The notes beneath the pieces are model-generated. The model saw only the letters and a program-made list of their open reading frames with translations, ran no database searches and had not been told where the DNA came from. This document shows positions 21,261 through 30,623 of a DNA stretch of 64,000 bases, one piece after another. This stretch comes from Gammaproteobacteria bacterium (lineage in GTDB: Bacteria > Pseudomonadota > Gammaproteobacteria > UBA4575): NCBI GenBank assembly GCA_965222615.1, contig CBDCUI010000009.1, forward strand, positions 1,053,580 through 1,117,579, in the 5' to 3' direction. The position numbers were made by a program, and so were the translations under genes. The number at the start of each line of letters is the position of its first letter. Position 1 is the stretch's first letter.

Positions 21261-22223
21261 TTAAGAGGCCACACTATTAACGAATGCATATCCATTATGG
21301 TTCTCGATAATCTTTACTGCAGGTGTACCTCCAAGAGTATGAGTTGTCGCATGATAAACCGACATTACTAAATCTTGGATTTCATTATCTTGTTCAAGGG
21401 TTTCTATATTCAAGCCTTCTTCAGATAATTGTTCAATCATCAATGGACGACCATGCGAAAGATGTTTATCACTAGTGAAAAATTCTGTCAGATTCTTAGC
21501 TTTTTTCTTAAAGTCCTTCTCACCATTGAACATGTATGACTTCAACCATTTCTCAACTAGTTGTTTTGACAATTCTATAGACTTTTCACACTCAGACTTG
21601 AGACCCGGTGGATATTGGGCAATTATTGGTGCCCATGCCCTATAGGCATTTCCATCAGATTGAGCTGCCTCCTCAAAATCTTTTAATAATGAATGGGCTG
21701 CTACAAATCTTATTTCTCCAGTATTAGTTCGGATTAACATTTGTGGGTCTGTTGGACCTAATGTTGAATGTCTACCCATCATTACGATATTTGCTGCACA
21801 TGACATCATTGTAGCAGCTGACATAGCCATGTGTGGAACGATAACCCTTATTTCATCAAACTTCGATCTTAAATAATTAATTATTTGTTCAGCTGCTTCT
21901 GGGCTACCCCCAGGACTATGTATTATTAGATCGAGTTTTTTATTTCCTTTATCACATGTTTTAACCGCCTCTAAAAATCCATCTACATCAGAAGGATGAA
22001 TAGTTATTTTATCTGCTGGAATTTGAGATTTTTGTAACCAACCACTGGCATATATTATTGTATTGCGACATGTAGCATCTGAAAGCTGTTTTAAATATTT
22101 TCGTCTAACAAAATCCGGACCACTTACCTGTAAGCGGAGGTCTTGTGGGTTTTGTTGACTGAGTTGTTGACGGAGCTCAATTTCTTGCTTTATCTCTGCA
22201 AGTATTTCACTCCAACCAGGCAT
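21261..22223 (-). CDS. SDH-family Clp-fold serine protease (S49-like)
   Basis: LDLIIHSPGGS, AMSAATM, LGPTDPQ and SHGRP (Ser-Asp-His order). Confidence 0.88.
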   Translation of the reverse strand: MPGWSEILAEIKQEIELRQQLSQQNPQDLRLQVSGPDFVRRKYLKQLSDATCRNTIIYASGWLQKSQIPADKITIHPSDVDGFLEAVKTCDKGNKKLDLIIHSPGGSPEAAEQIINYLRSKFDEIRVIVPHMAMSAATMMSCAANIVMMGRHSTLGPTDPQMLIRTNTGEIRFVAAHSLLKDFEEAAQSDGNAYRAWAPIIAQYPPGLKSECEKSIELSKQLVEKWLKSYMFNGEKDFKKKAKNLTEFFTSDKHLSHGRPLMIEQLSEEGLNIETLEQDNEIQDLVMSVYHATTHTLGGTPAVKIIENHNGYAFVNSVAS

Positions 22224-22234
22224 CTATAAGTAAT

Positions 22235-22423
22235 TTATCGCGATAGATCAGTAGAAGATATTGTCGTTGGAGAAAAGCTCGGCTGCATAACAAAACGACC
22301 GTCCGGTGATTGTGACAGTTCAACTTGGGTATGTAATGGCTTCGATTCTTTAACCAGTCGGTTAATTGAATCAATAGTCTCAACTACATCTAATACTTCT
22401 AGATTTGTTTTATTATCAGTCAT
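22235..22423 (-). CDS. Small hypothetical protein upstream of the SDH protease
   Basis: 62-aa ORF with ATG start, co-oriented, ending 11 nt before the protease start. Confidence 0.55.
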   Translation of the reverse strand: MTDNKTNLEVLDVVETIDSINRLVKESKPLHTQVELSQSPDGRFVMQPSFSPTTISSTDLSR

Positions 22424-22589
22424 ATTAAATAGAGCTTCTTCTCTTAAAAATAGTTTAACAACGTTAAGAGTATTATCACAGCATAGTACTATTTTGTTAT
22501 GTATTTATTGGTGAATGGCACGTTTTGATTGATAATTTAGTAAAGTATCAGCTAAAGAATAGTTTTATTTTTAACATAAATTATTTTTA

Positions 22590-22664
22590 TGGCTGGGCCG
22601 GCAGGATTCGAACCTGCGAATGCCGGGATCAAAACCCGGTGCCTTACCACTTGGCGACGGCCCA
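22590..22664 (-). tRNA. tRNA-Gln(TTG)
   Basis: Reverse complement TGGGCCG..CCGGG-TTTTGAT-CCCGG..GGTTCGAATCC..CGGCCCAGCCA; cloverleaf with encoded CCA; usual position after ispE. Confidence 0.97.
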
Positions 22665-22696
22665 ATTTTAAATGCTAAGTTTTAATTATCCTCAGC

Positions 22697-23560
22697 TTAC
22701 AAATTTGCGGGTGAATGATTCAAGCCTTTAGCTACAAACGCAATCCACTCTAATGGGCAACTCTCGGCAATTTCACTGGCTTGTTGTTGTGACTCACACA
22801 CGATAAACATCCCGCTACCAGAACCAGTGAGTCTAGCAGGTGAAAATTGATTTAACCATTGAAAGACTCGCTCCACTTCTGGATGACGACGGGCAATGGG
22901 TTCAAAAACATTCCGCGTTTGCAACTGCCTATCCTTGGTCTGTAAGAAGTCGCGTATTTTGATCGGCGTACAATTGCGTGTCAAATTCGAATCGCTGAAC
23001 ATTTGTTTAGTGTCCAAGTGCACATTAGGAAAAACTACGACATGCCAAAATTCAGACAATTCAATCGGCTCTAACTGCTCTCCAATACCTTCCACCCAGC
23101 ATGCTTGGCCGCGCACAAACACTGGTACATCTGCTCCTAACTGGCTACCCAATTCTTGCATATATGACCGCTCTAAATTACAAGCCCATAACTGATTCAG
23201 AGCCAACAATGTAGTAGCCGCATCCGAGCTGCCGCCACCTAAGCCAGCACCCATTGGAATCACTTTTTTTAATTCAATGTTTACTCCTTGGTGAATCGAA
23301 CAAGTATTTTGCAAAAGCTTTGCCGCTTGAACAGACAGATCATCATCATAGGCAATATTACTAATTGAATTCTTACGCCGTATTTTTCCATCTTCTCGAA
23401 GAGTAAACTGCATTTGATCACATATATCTATAAATTGAATTGCGCTTTGCAATTGATGATAACCATCATCACGCTGTCCAATAATATGTAGAAAAAGATT
23501 TAGCTTTGCAGGAGCTAACCAGGTTTGTGATTCGAGTTTTGCAGAGATGTTATTATCCAA
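22697..23560 (-). CDS. ispE: 4-diphosphocytidyl-2-C-methyl-D-erythritol kinase
   Basis: APAKLNLFLHI, IPMGAGLGGGSSDAA, LGADVPVF and LTGSGS. Confidence 0.97.
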   Translation of the reverse strand: MDNNISAKLESQTWLAPAKLNLFLHIIGQRDDGYHQLQSAIQFIDICDQMQFTLREDGKIRRKNSISNIAYDDDLSVQAAKLLQNTCSIHQGVNIELKKVIPMGAGLGGGSSDAATTLLALNQLWACNLERSYMQELGSQLGADVPVFVRGQACWVEGIGEQLEPIELSEFWHVVVFPNVHLDTKQMFSDSNLTRNCTPIKIRDFLQTKDRQLQTRNVFEPIARRHPEVERVFQWLNQFSPARLTGSGSGMFIVCESQQQASEIAESCPLEWIAFVAKGLNHSPANL

Positions 23561-23581
23561 TGCGTATACTTGAATCTGTTA

Positions 23582-24211
23582 TCACTTAACTGGATTTAGT
23601 GACCAATGATCGATGACAATGTTTGCGTTAAGTATTTTATTGGAAATTTTTATGAATGCCGGCATCGCAGGCTTGCCTTCATGATAACGATTATAATCTA
23701 TTAACCAACCCGCCTGACTAAGCTGCTTTAACCGTCCTTGATCATCTAAATCTAAGGACGCATAGGTCTGAGCAGGATCGGGTATGCCACGCATCCAATA
23801 ACGCAAACCTTTGACTGGCAATGAATAACCGAAAAGGTCTTGCATTAAGCCTTCAGGATCCACGGCGGAATAGGACTCTCCTTTCGATGTGGTGAGCTGC
23901 ACATCTCCTGGTTTACCTTCGATTACAGCAACTTTCCTACCCAATGGCCCATGCAAATCAATATTAAAATCCTGTCGTTGCTGGCGCCAACGCACACCTG
24001 CACGAAACCCTTCATCATTGGATCTACCTGCAACACGCCCTTTTAAGCTCCAATTCTGCAGCGCTTCTAAATTAACTCGGTGTAGTTCCCAAGCAGCTTG
24101 CTTGCCAATTTCGGAATCAGGCGGGAGAGTATGTTCTTGAACGGTAACACACGCGTTCAAAACAAAAAGCAGTAAAATTATAAATACGACCTGCCTCATT
24201 TGGGCAAGCAC
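23582..24211 (-). CDS. lolB: Outer membrane lipoprotein insertase LolB
   Basis: Lipobox LNAC, W..GR, L.GPLG and LPV..L.YW..G.P; upstream of ispE. Confidence 0.93.
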   Translation of the reverse strand: MLAQMRQVVFIILLLFVLNACVTVQEHTLPPDSEIGKQAAWELHRVNLEALQNWSLKGRVAGRSNDEGFRAGVRWRQQRQDFNIDLHGPLGRKVAVIEGKPGDVQLTTSKGESYSAVDPEGLMQDLFGYSLPVKGLRYWMRGIPDPAQTYASLDLDDQGRLKQLSQAGWLIDYNRYHEGKPAMPAFIKISNKILNANIVIDHWSLNPVK

Positions 24212-24212
24212 C

Positions 24213-26045
24213 TCATTGCTGGAGCTTTTGCTGGAGCTCTAATAAGTATTCGTCTTCAGGTTCCCTTTCAAGACTCTCATTAATAATCTTACGCGCTTCA
24301 TCATAATTACCTTGAGCTAACAGCAGCTCTACCAAATGCCCAGCAATTTCGGAATCCTCTAAAAGCCCGTAAGCTTTACGTAAATAATTTTCAGCCTCTA
24401 GCAAATTACCCAGACGAAATTGCACCCAACCCATACTATCGATCACTGCGGGATCATCAGGGCGAATCTCTAAAGCCCGCTTTATATAACCCAAGGCCTC
24501 ATCCACTCTGAAATTATGGTCTGCCAAGGTATAACCCAACGCATTTAGCGCAGACGCATTATCTGGGTCTTCGGAAAGAATTGCTTTGAGATCGATTTCT
24601 AACAAATCAATTCGATCAATTTCTTCTGCCATCAAGGCACGTGCATATAACAAATCACTATGCCCAGGAAATTCTTGAAGTCCTTCACTGTAAAGATCCA
24701 TCGCCGCGACATAAAGTTTTTCATCGTGCAATAATTGCCCTTCAACTAAATACACTTCGATAATATTTTCAGGTGAACTTAAACTTGCGCGCACATTCTT
24801 TAAATAACTTTGTGCTTTCTGTATTCCATCTAGATCTTTATAAATTGTAGCAATACGCGCTTTAGCATCGATATAGTATTGGCCTTGCTCAACCTTTTCG
24901 AATTCTGCAATCGCTTGTTGGTGTTTCTTTTGTTCTTCGGCAACTCTACCTAAATAATAGTGACCCTCATCTTTGCGCTGATTGCGCTCAACTAAGCGCT
25001 TGAACTGCACTTCAGCCTCAATGTATTGTTCTAGCTGCAAGCGCAATAGCCCAAGGGTGTAAATTAAATCTGTATCATTTGGGTTTTCTGCAAGTAACAG
25101 ATCAAATTCAACAGCAGCCTCATCGTATTTTTCTGCAGTAAGCAACATCCGTGCATAAGCCATACGCATTTCACGGTTCTCAGGAGATTCTTCAACAATG
25201 AGTTTCATTTCCTGCAGGGCCTGATCGGTTTCCTTGAGATTCATTAAAGCTTGTGCCCGCATTGCACGCGCTTCGACTAAATCAGGCTTGAACCCTAAGG
25301 CAATTTCACTTTCATCTATAGTGCGTTGGTAATCTTGTGACTGAAAGGCAAGGCTCGCTAAGGTGAGGTGTCCGTACGGATTTTCAAAATGTTTGAGTAC
25401 TAACCTTTCTAATAATTGTATTGCGGCTTCAGATTCTGTTTCACGAGCAAGTACCGCGCCAATAATACTAAAGCCTTTTGCGGGGGAGTCATCGGCGGCT
25501 GACATAATTTTCTCAAAATGTGGCACTGCGGCATCAACATTGCCACTACGCAGCTCAAGTACACCCAGTATTTGACTAATCTCTAAGTTATCACCGGCTA
25601 ACTCGGACCATCGAGTTGCTGCCTTAATACCCAACGGCCAATCTTTTGCAAACATGGCAATGCGAGTGGCGCGCTCCGCAACAGATGGATCATCCGTCAA
25701 ATTTGCCGCATTGATATAATGCTGCAGGGCTTGCTGGACATCCCCAAATTGACCGGATAGCTCTCCAACCAGAACTTCATACATAAGATCTGACTGTTCA
25801 CTATATTTACTATCCTGAGCTTCACGTATTTTCAATGACTTATCAGGATCAGCGAGTCTTTCATCCTCACCAGTATCCACCTTGAATGAGGCACAGCTGA
25901 CCACACCGAAAACCAAGATCAGTGCCGTAATTTGGTTAAGAATCCGCAGAATAGGGGCTTTAATCTTCAATATACTGTGTTGTGTCAATGGCTTTAGTAG
26001 ACTATACCTAATAATACTGTAGTTAACTGAGCAATTCATACGCAT
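24213..26045 (-). CDS. Large TPR lipoprotein conserved between hemA and lolB
   Basis: Multiple TPR repeats, ALNALGYTLAD and DSMGWVQFRLG; lipobox-like VVSC; true start is probably downstream of 26045. Confidence 0.88.
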   Translation of the reverse strand: MRMNCSVNYSIIRYSLLKPLTQHSILKIKAPILRILNQITALILVFGVVSCASFKVDTGEDERLADPDKSLKIREAQDSKYSEQSDLMYEVLVGELSGQFGDVQQALQHYINAANLTDDPSVAERATRIAMFAKDWPLGIKAATRWSELAGDNLEISQILGVLELRSGNVDAAVPHFEKIMSAADDSPAKGFSIIGAVLARETESEAAIQLLERLVLKHFENPYGHLTLASLAFQSQDYQRTIDESEIALGFKPDLVEARAMRAQALMNLKETDQALQEMKLIVEESPENREMRMAYARMLLTAEKYDEAAVEFDLLLAENPNDTDLIYTLGLLRLQLEQYIEAEVQFKRLVERNQRKDEGHYYLGRVAEEQKKHQQAIAEFEKVEQGQYYIDAKARIATIYKDLDGIQKAQSYLKNVRASLSSPENIIEVYLVEGQLLHDEKLYVAAMDLYSEGLQEFPGHSDLLYARALMAEEIDRIDLLEIDLKAILSEDPDNASALNALGYTLADHNFRVDEALGYIKRALEIRPDDPAVIDSMGWVQFRLGNLLEAENYLRKAYGLLEDSEIAGHLVELLLAQGNYDEARKIINESLEREPEDEYLLELQQKLQQ

Positions 26046-26125
26046 TTTGACAGTTTTTAGAGGTAGTTAGACCAGGTTCAGCCATATCTAGATCGTTCAT
26101 ATCAGCAGAGATACCACATACTTTC

Positions 26126-27391
26126 ATGTCCTTATTCACCCTCGGAATCAACCATACCACTGCCCCTCTTGAGATTCGTGAGCAAGTAGCAGTGAGTGAG
26201 CAAAATCTCAGCCAAGCACTAAAAAAGCTCATAACCGTGCCCCAGGTAGATGAGGCTGCGATTATATCTACCTGTAACCGTACTGAACTCTACTGTGAAA
26301 TTACTGAGCTAAGTAAAGGCAAACAAGGCATTCTGAGTTGGCTAAATTCCTTTCATAATTTAGATTCAGCCGACACGGAACCCTATTTATATGACCATCT
26401 AGATGAGTCTGTGGTTCGACATATGTTTCGCGTCGCTTGTGGACTTGATTCTATGGTATTAGGAGAACCACAAATATTAGGCCAATTAAAATCCGCTTAT
26501 CACGATGCCAATCAAGCCGGCACATTAGGCAGAAACCTGAACCAACTTTTTCAACACTCTTTTAGTGTTGCTAAAAAAGTCCGTACCGATACTGCAATTG
26601 GCGCCAATCCAGTTTCTGTAGCATCTGCGGCAGTTTCCTTATCTAAACAAATTTTTGGCGACCTTAGTGAACACTCTGCATTATTAATTGGCGCTGGAGA
26701 AACTATAGAATTAGCCGCTGAGCATTTAAACAGCGCGGGAATTGGAAGCATTACCGTTGCAAACCGCAGTATTGAACGCGCGCAAAAAATAGCTGATCGT
26801 GTTAATGGGCAAGGCGTGAACTTGAGCTTTGTAAATGAAGTATTACCAAAATCTGAAATTGTAATTACTGCAACTGCCAGTACGTTGCCTATTCTTGGTA
26901 AAGGTTTGGTAGAACGCGCATTAAAAGAGCGCAAACATAAACCGATCTTTATGGTTGATTTAGCCGTACCAAGGGATATTGAACCTGAAGTTGCCAAGCT
27001 TTCGGATGTTTACTTATATACGATCGATGACTTACAGAATGTAATCGAACTTAATTTGCAGTCTAGAAAGGAAGCCGCAGACCAAGCCGAAGAAATTATT
27101 GATCTTGAAGTAGAAAAATTTTCCTCGTGGTTACGCAGCCAAAGTGTTGTACATACCGTGCGTACATTTAGAGAGAAAGCGGAAGTACACCGGGATGATG
27201 TTTTAGAAAAAGCGCGCAAAATGCTTGAACAAGGCAAATCCACTGATGAGGTATTACATTATCTAGCATATACTTTAACTAACAAGCTTACCCATGAACC
27301 AACTGAGGCACTCAATCTAGCTGGCAAAGAAGGCAAAAATGAGTTGATCGAGGCGGCCCGTATACTGTTAAATATCCCTACCGATGAGTAA
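26126..27391 (+). CDS. hemA: Glutamyl-tRNA reductase
   Basis: GINH, STCNRTE, GLDSMVLGEPQILGQ and DLAVPRDI. Confidence 0.98.
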   Translation: MSLFTLGINHTTAPLEIREQVAVSEQNLSQALKKLITVPQVDEAAIISTCNRTELYCEITELSKGKQGILSWLNSFHNLDSADTEPYLYDHLDESVVRHMFRVACGLDSMVLGEPQILGQLKSAYHDANQAGTLGRNLNQLFQHSFSVAKKVRTDTAIGANPVSVASAAVSLSKQIFGDLSEHSALLIGAGETIELAAEHLNSAGIGSITVANRSIERAQKIADRVNGQGVNLSFVNEVLPKSEIVITATASTLPILGKGLVERALKERKHKPIFMVDLAVPRDIEPEVAKLSDVYLYTIDDLQNVIELNLQSRKEAADQAEEIIDLEVEKFSSWLRSQSVVHTVRTFREKAEVHRDDVLEKARKMLEQGKSTDEVLHYLAYTLTNKLTHEPTEALNLAGKEGKNELIEAARILLNIPTDE

Positions 27392-27540
27392 ACCTACTTT
27401 TAATTCTGTTTCAAATAACGCGTTTAATGCACTAAGCATTCAAGCCGCACTTTTTTATTAGCTTTACTTAACCTCTACTACTTACCAATATTGTGTTTCC
27501 AAAGAGAAACGCATTTTTTTAGTTTTTTTATTAGCTGTAC

Positions 27541-28632
27541 ATGAAAGACTCAATTCTACGAAAACTTGAAACTATTAAAGAACGGCATGAAGAAATTTCT
27601 GCCGAACTTGCTGACCCAGATGTGATCAGTAATCAAAATGAATTTACTAAGCTGTCAAAGGAATATGCACAGCTTGAACCTATTGTGAAAAAGTTCAATG
27701 AGTATCTGCAGGCTAATGATGATCTGTCTGCCGCAAAAGAACTCGTTAATGATCAAGATGAAGACTTGAAGTCAATGGCATTAGAAGAAATAAAAGATTG
27801 CGAAGAACGCATTGAACAACTTGAAAACGAATTGCAAACCTTGTTATTGCCTAAAGATCCGCATGATGAGAGTGATGTATTTTTAGAAATTCGTGCAGGC
27901 ACTGGTGGAGATGAAGCCGCCATATTCGCAGGCGATCTATTTAGGATGTATTCCAGATATGCAGAAAACAAACGTTGGAAAGTAGAAGTCATTAACCAAA
28001 ATGAAGGTGATCACGGAGGTTTTAAAGAAATTATCGCTAAGATTTCAGGCAACGAAGTGTATTCAAATTTAAAGTTTGAATCTGGTGCCCATCGTGTGCA
28101 ACGTGTCCCCGAGACAGAATCACAAGGACGTGTACATACCTCAGCAGCGACGGTTGCTATCATGCCAGAAGTAGATGAAATTGATGAAATTGAAATTGAT
28201 ACTACGGATTTGCGTATTGATACATTTCGCGCATCCGGTGCCGGTGGCCAGCATGTCAATAAAACTGACTCCGCAATACGCATTACCCATATTCCGACAG
28301 GAGTGGTTGTTGAATGCCAAGACGAACGTTCACAACATAAGAATCGTGCTCGAGCGATGTCATTATTAAGTGCACGCCTATTAGACCAAGAACAAAAAAA
28401 GCAAATAGCAGAACAGGCGGAATCACGCCGCAACTTAGTAGGAAGCGGCGACCGCTCTGAACGCATTCGTACCTATAACTTCCCTCAAGGACGCGTGACG
28501 GATCACCGCATCAATTTAACCTTATATAAATTGGATGAAATGATGCAAGGTAATGTCGACCAAGTGATTCAACCATTACGTAATGAACATCAAGCGGATT
28601 TGCTTGCCTCAATGAATGACGAGACTTTATAA
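27541..28632 (+). CDS. prfA: Peptide chain release factor 1
   Basis: GGQ motif ([10 protein letters not shown]), PET anticodon-mimic motif, [10 protein letters not shown]. Confidence 0.98.
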   Translation: MKDSILRKLETIKERHEEISAELADPDVISNQNEFTKLSKEYAQLEPIVKKFNEYLQANDDLSAAKELVNDQDEDLKSMALEEIKDCEERIEQLENELQTLLLPKDPHDESDVFLEIRAGTGGDEAAIFAGDLFRMYSRYAENKRWKVEVINQNEGDHGGFKEIIAKISGNEVYSNLKFESGAHRVQRVPETESQGRVHTSAATVAIMPEVDEIDEIEIDTTDLRIDTFRASGAGGQHVNKTDSAIRITHIPTGVVVECQDERSQHKNRARAMSLLSARLLDQEQKKQIAEQAESRRNLVGSGDRSERIRTYNFPQGRVTDHRINLTLYKLDEMMQGNVDQVIQPLRNEHQADLLASMNDETL

Positions 28633-28635
28633 GCA

Positions 28636-29466
28636 ATGACTTATCAAGAAGCGATCAATTACGCGAAAACTAGGCTTAAGCCAATAAGCGATTCTGCTGT
28701 AATTGATGCCTACTCTCTTCTTAGTCATGTCTGCAAAGTTGAACAAACGATACTACTAGCACACCCTGAAAATAGACTTTCCAAACAAGAACAAGTTTCT
28801 TTTAACAAACTACTTGATCGTCGACAATATGGCGAGCCCTTAGCCTATATAAGAGGTGAACAAGAGTTTTGGTCACTTAGCTTTTTAGTTAATCAACAGG
28901 TGTTAATCCCTCGTCCAGAAACAGAGCTATTGGTAGAAATTGCACTGAACATAATTTCAAAACTTGAAACTCCACGTGTTTTAGATCTTGGCACAGGCTC
29001 AGGTGCAATAGCGATCGCTATTGCCAATGAAACTAATAATGGTTCTATATATGCTGCAGATATTTCTTTGACTGCATTGGAAATTGCAAAAAAAAATGCT
29101 GCCAAACATCGAGCAAAGATCACCTTTAAACATAGTAACTGGTATGAAAATTTGCAGCATGAAAAATTTGATCTAATTGTCTGCAACCCGCCTTATGCGG
29201 CTGCAAATGACCCGAACCTCTGCCCTTACGTTAGAGAATACGAGCCATACAATGCTGTAATAAGTAACAAAAACGGTTTACAGGATATTGAGCTGGTTGT
29301 TAGACAAGCACATAAGCACTTAAACACTTTTGGACACTTAGCCATTGAACATGGATTTGAACAAAGGTCAGCTGTGCAAAAATTATTTAAACAATATGAC
29401 TTTAAACAAGTGATTACATATAAAGACTTAGCAGGACATGATCGTGTTACATGTGGTCATCTGTAA
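28636..29466 (+). CDS. prmC: Release factor glutamine methyltransferase
   Basis: LIPRPETE, LDLGTGSGAI and NPPY. Confidence 0.96.
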   Translation: MTYQEAINYAKTRLKPISDSAVIDAYSLLSHVCKVEQTILLAHPENRLSKQEQVSFNKLLDRRQYGEPLAYIRGEQEFWSLSFLVNQQVLIPRPETELLVEIALNIISKLETPRVLDLGTGSGAIAIAIANETNNGSIYAADISLTALEIAKKNAAKHRAKITFKHSNWYENLQHEKFDLIVCNPPYAAANDPNLCPYVREYEPYNAVISNKNGLQDIELVVRQAHKHLNTFGHLAIEHGFEQRSAVQKLFKQYDFKQVITYKDLAGHDRVTCGHL

Positions 29467-29626
29467 TCATAGACTGGACCAACAATTTATAAGTTGCAGT
29501 AATTAACTTTTACAAATAAATCCTCAAGTAAACTATTTGTAAACACATATATAGTAATATTCAAAATTAGATTTATCCTTTCTGGATTAGTTAACTTATC
29601 AAATTATTGAAATAATTGGTGGTTGG

Positions 29627-29651
29627 GCCTCGCTTTTATGCGAGGTTTTTT
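29627..29651 (+). terminator. Rho-independent terminator downstream of prmC
   Basis: cctcgc-ttttat-gcgagg stem-loop followed by T6. Confidence 0.65.
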
Positions 29652-29677
29652 ATGTATGGAATTTGTAATTTTTAAAT

Positions 29678-29941
29678 ATGGATTTTGACAGAACCTTACT
29701 AACCGACAATTATCTGATTGCCGTCGTAAAATGTATTGAAAACTATGGCTATAATGCAGGTGATTTTGAGTTTTCCACTCAACGCACACATGGCTATAAG
29801 AAAGGTGCATTAGACCCTAAAGCAATTGTTTATGTCTGTAGAATCAGTACTGGAATAGAAATGAATTATGTTCTAGGTGAAGAATCGGATTTTTCGAATC
29901 AGTTTTGCGATGACTTAAAATCGGGAGTGTTTGACGGCTAA
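29678..29941 (+). CDS. Hypothetical protein
   Basis: 87-aa ORF with ATG start filling an intergenic gap; no motif recognised. Confidence 0.55.
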   Translation: MDFDRTLLTDNYLIAVVKCIENYGYNAGDFEFSTQRTHGYKKGALDPKAIVYVCRISTGIEMNYVLGEESDFSNQFCDDLKSGVFDG

Positions 29942-29954
29942 ACATTCAGATTAA

Positions 29955-30473
29955 TCACGTATTTCTAACGTTAACAACTTTTGTGCCTGCGATAAAATCG
30001 TGGACGCATCTTCTGTCTTTTCTAAAAATAAATAACGCATCAATTGTAGGAAGAAAGCTACCAATTATCGGTACTACTGATGACAAAGTTATTGGCAAGT
30101 AACGTAACCCAAACAATTTGATAAGTGAAACTTTTTTATTATCCGTTGAGACAATTTTTATTTTGAGCAATTTCTTTCCAACAGTCTGTCCAGATTTATG
30201 CAAGTAATATCCATGTATCAGCAAAAACGCTACAAGACCAAATACCGTAGCTGCAATTAAATATGTGAGACCTGGCTGTTGTCCAAATTGCTCATAACCA
30301 AGATAAGGCCCTATAAAAAACATAAAGGGAACACCAAGCGCTAGTCCGATTGTTCCATCAATCAATGCCGCAAATAATCGAGTTTTCTTGAGCGCCAATC
30401 CTCCATCTTCAGTCACGTCTTCCAACTTAAGATCTGCTTTTGGTGTTTCATATACATTCGTCAAATTGCTCAT
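29955..30473 (-). CDS. RDD family membrane protein
   Basis: RLFAALID, GQTVGKKLLKIKIV and RRCVHDFIAGT. Confidence 0.92.
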   Translation of the reverse strand: MSNLTNVYETPKADLKLEDVTEDGGLALKKTRLFAALIDGTIGLALGVPFMFFIGPYLGYEQFGQQPGLTYLIAATVFGLVAFLLIHGYYLHKSGQTVGKKLLKIKIVSTDNKKVSLIKLFGLRYLPITLSSVVPIIGSFLPTIDALFIFRKDRRCVHDFIAGTKVVNVRNT

Positions 30474-30623
30474 TTGTGCTAGTCCTTTAAAATGATTTGT
30501 AACGATTGACTGTAAACTCCATCCTAAACTTTGGAGTTTTTTTACTAGACAGGGCGGATCGTAGCTAAATACTGGGAAATTTGACTATAGACTATCTTGA
30601 GCTGTGCAATTAAGCAGACTAAA

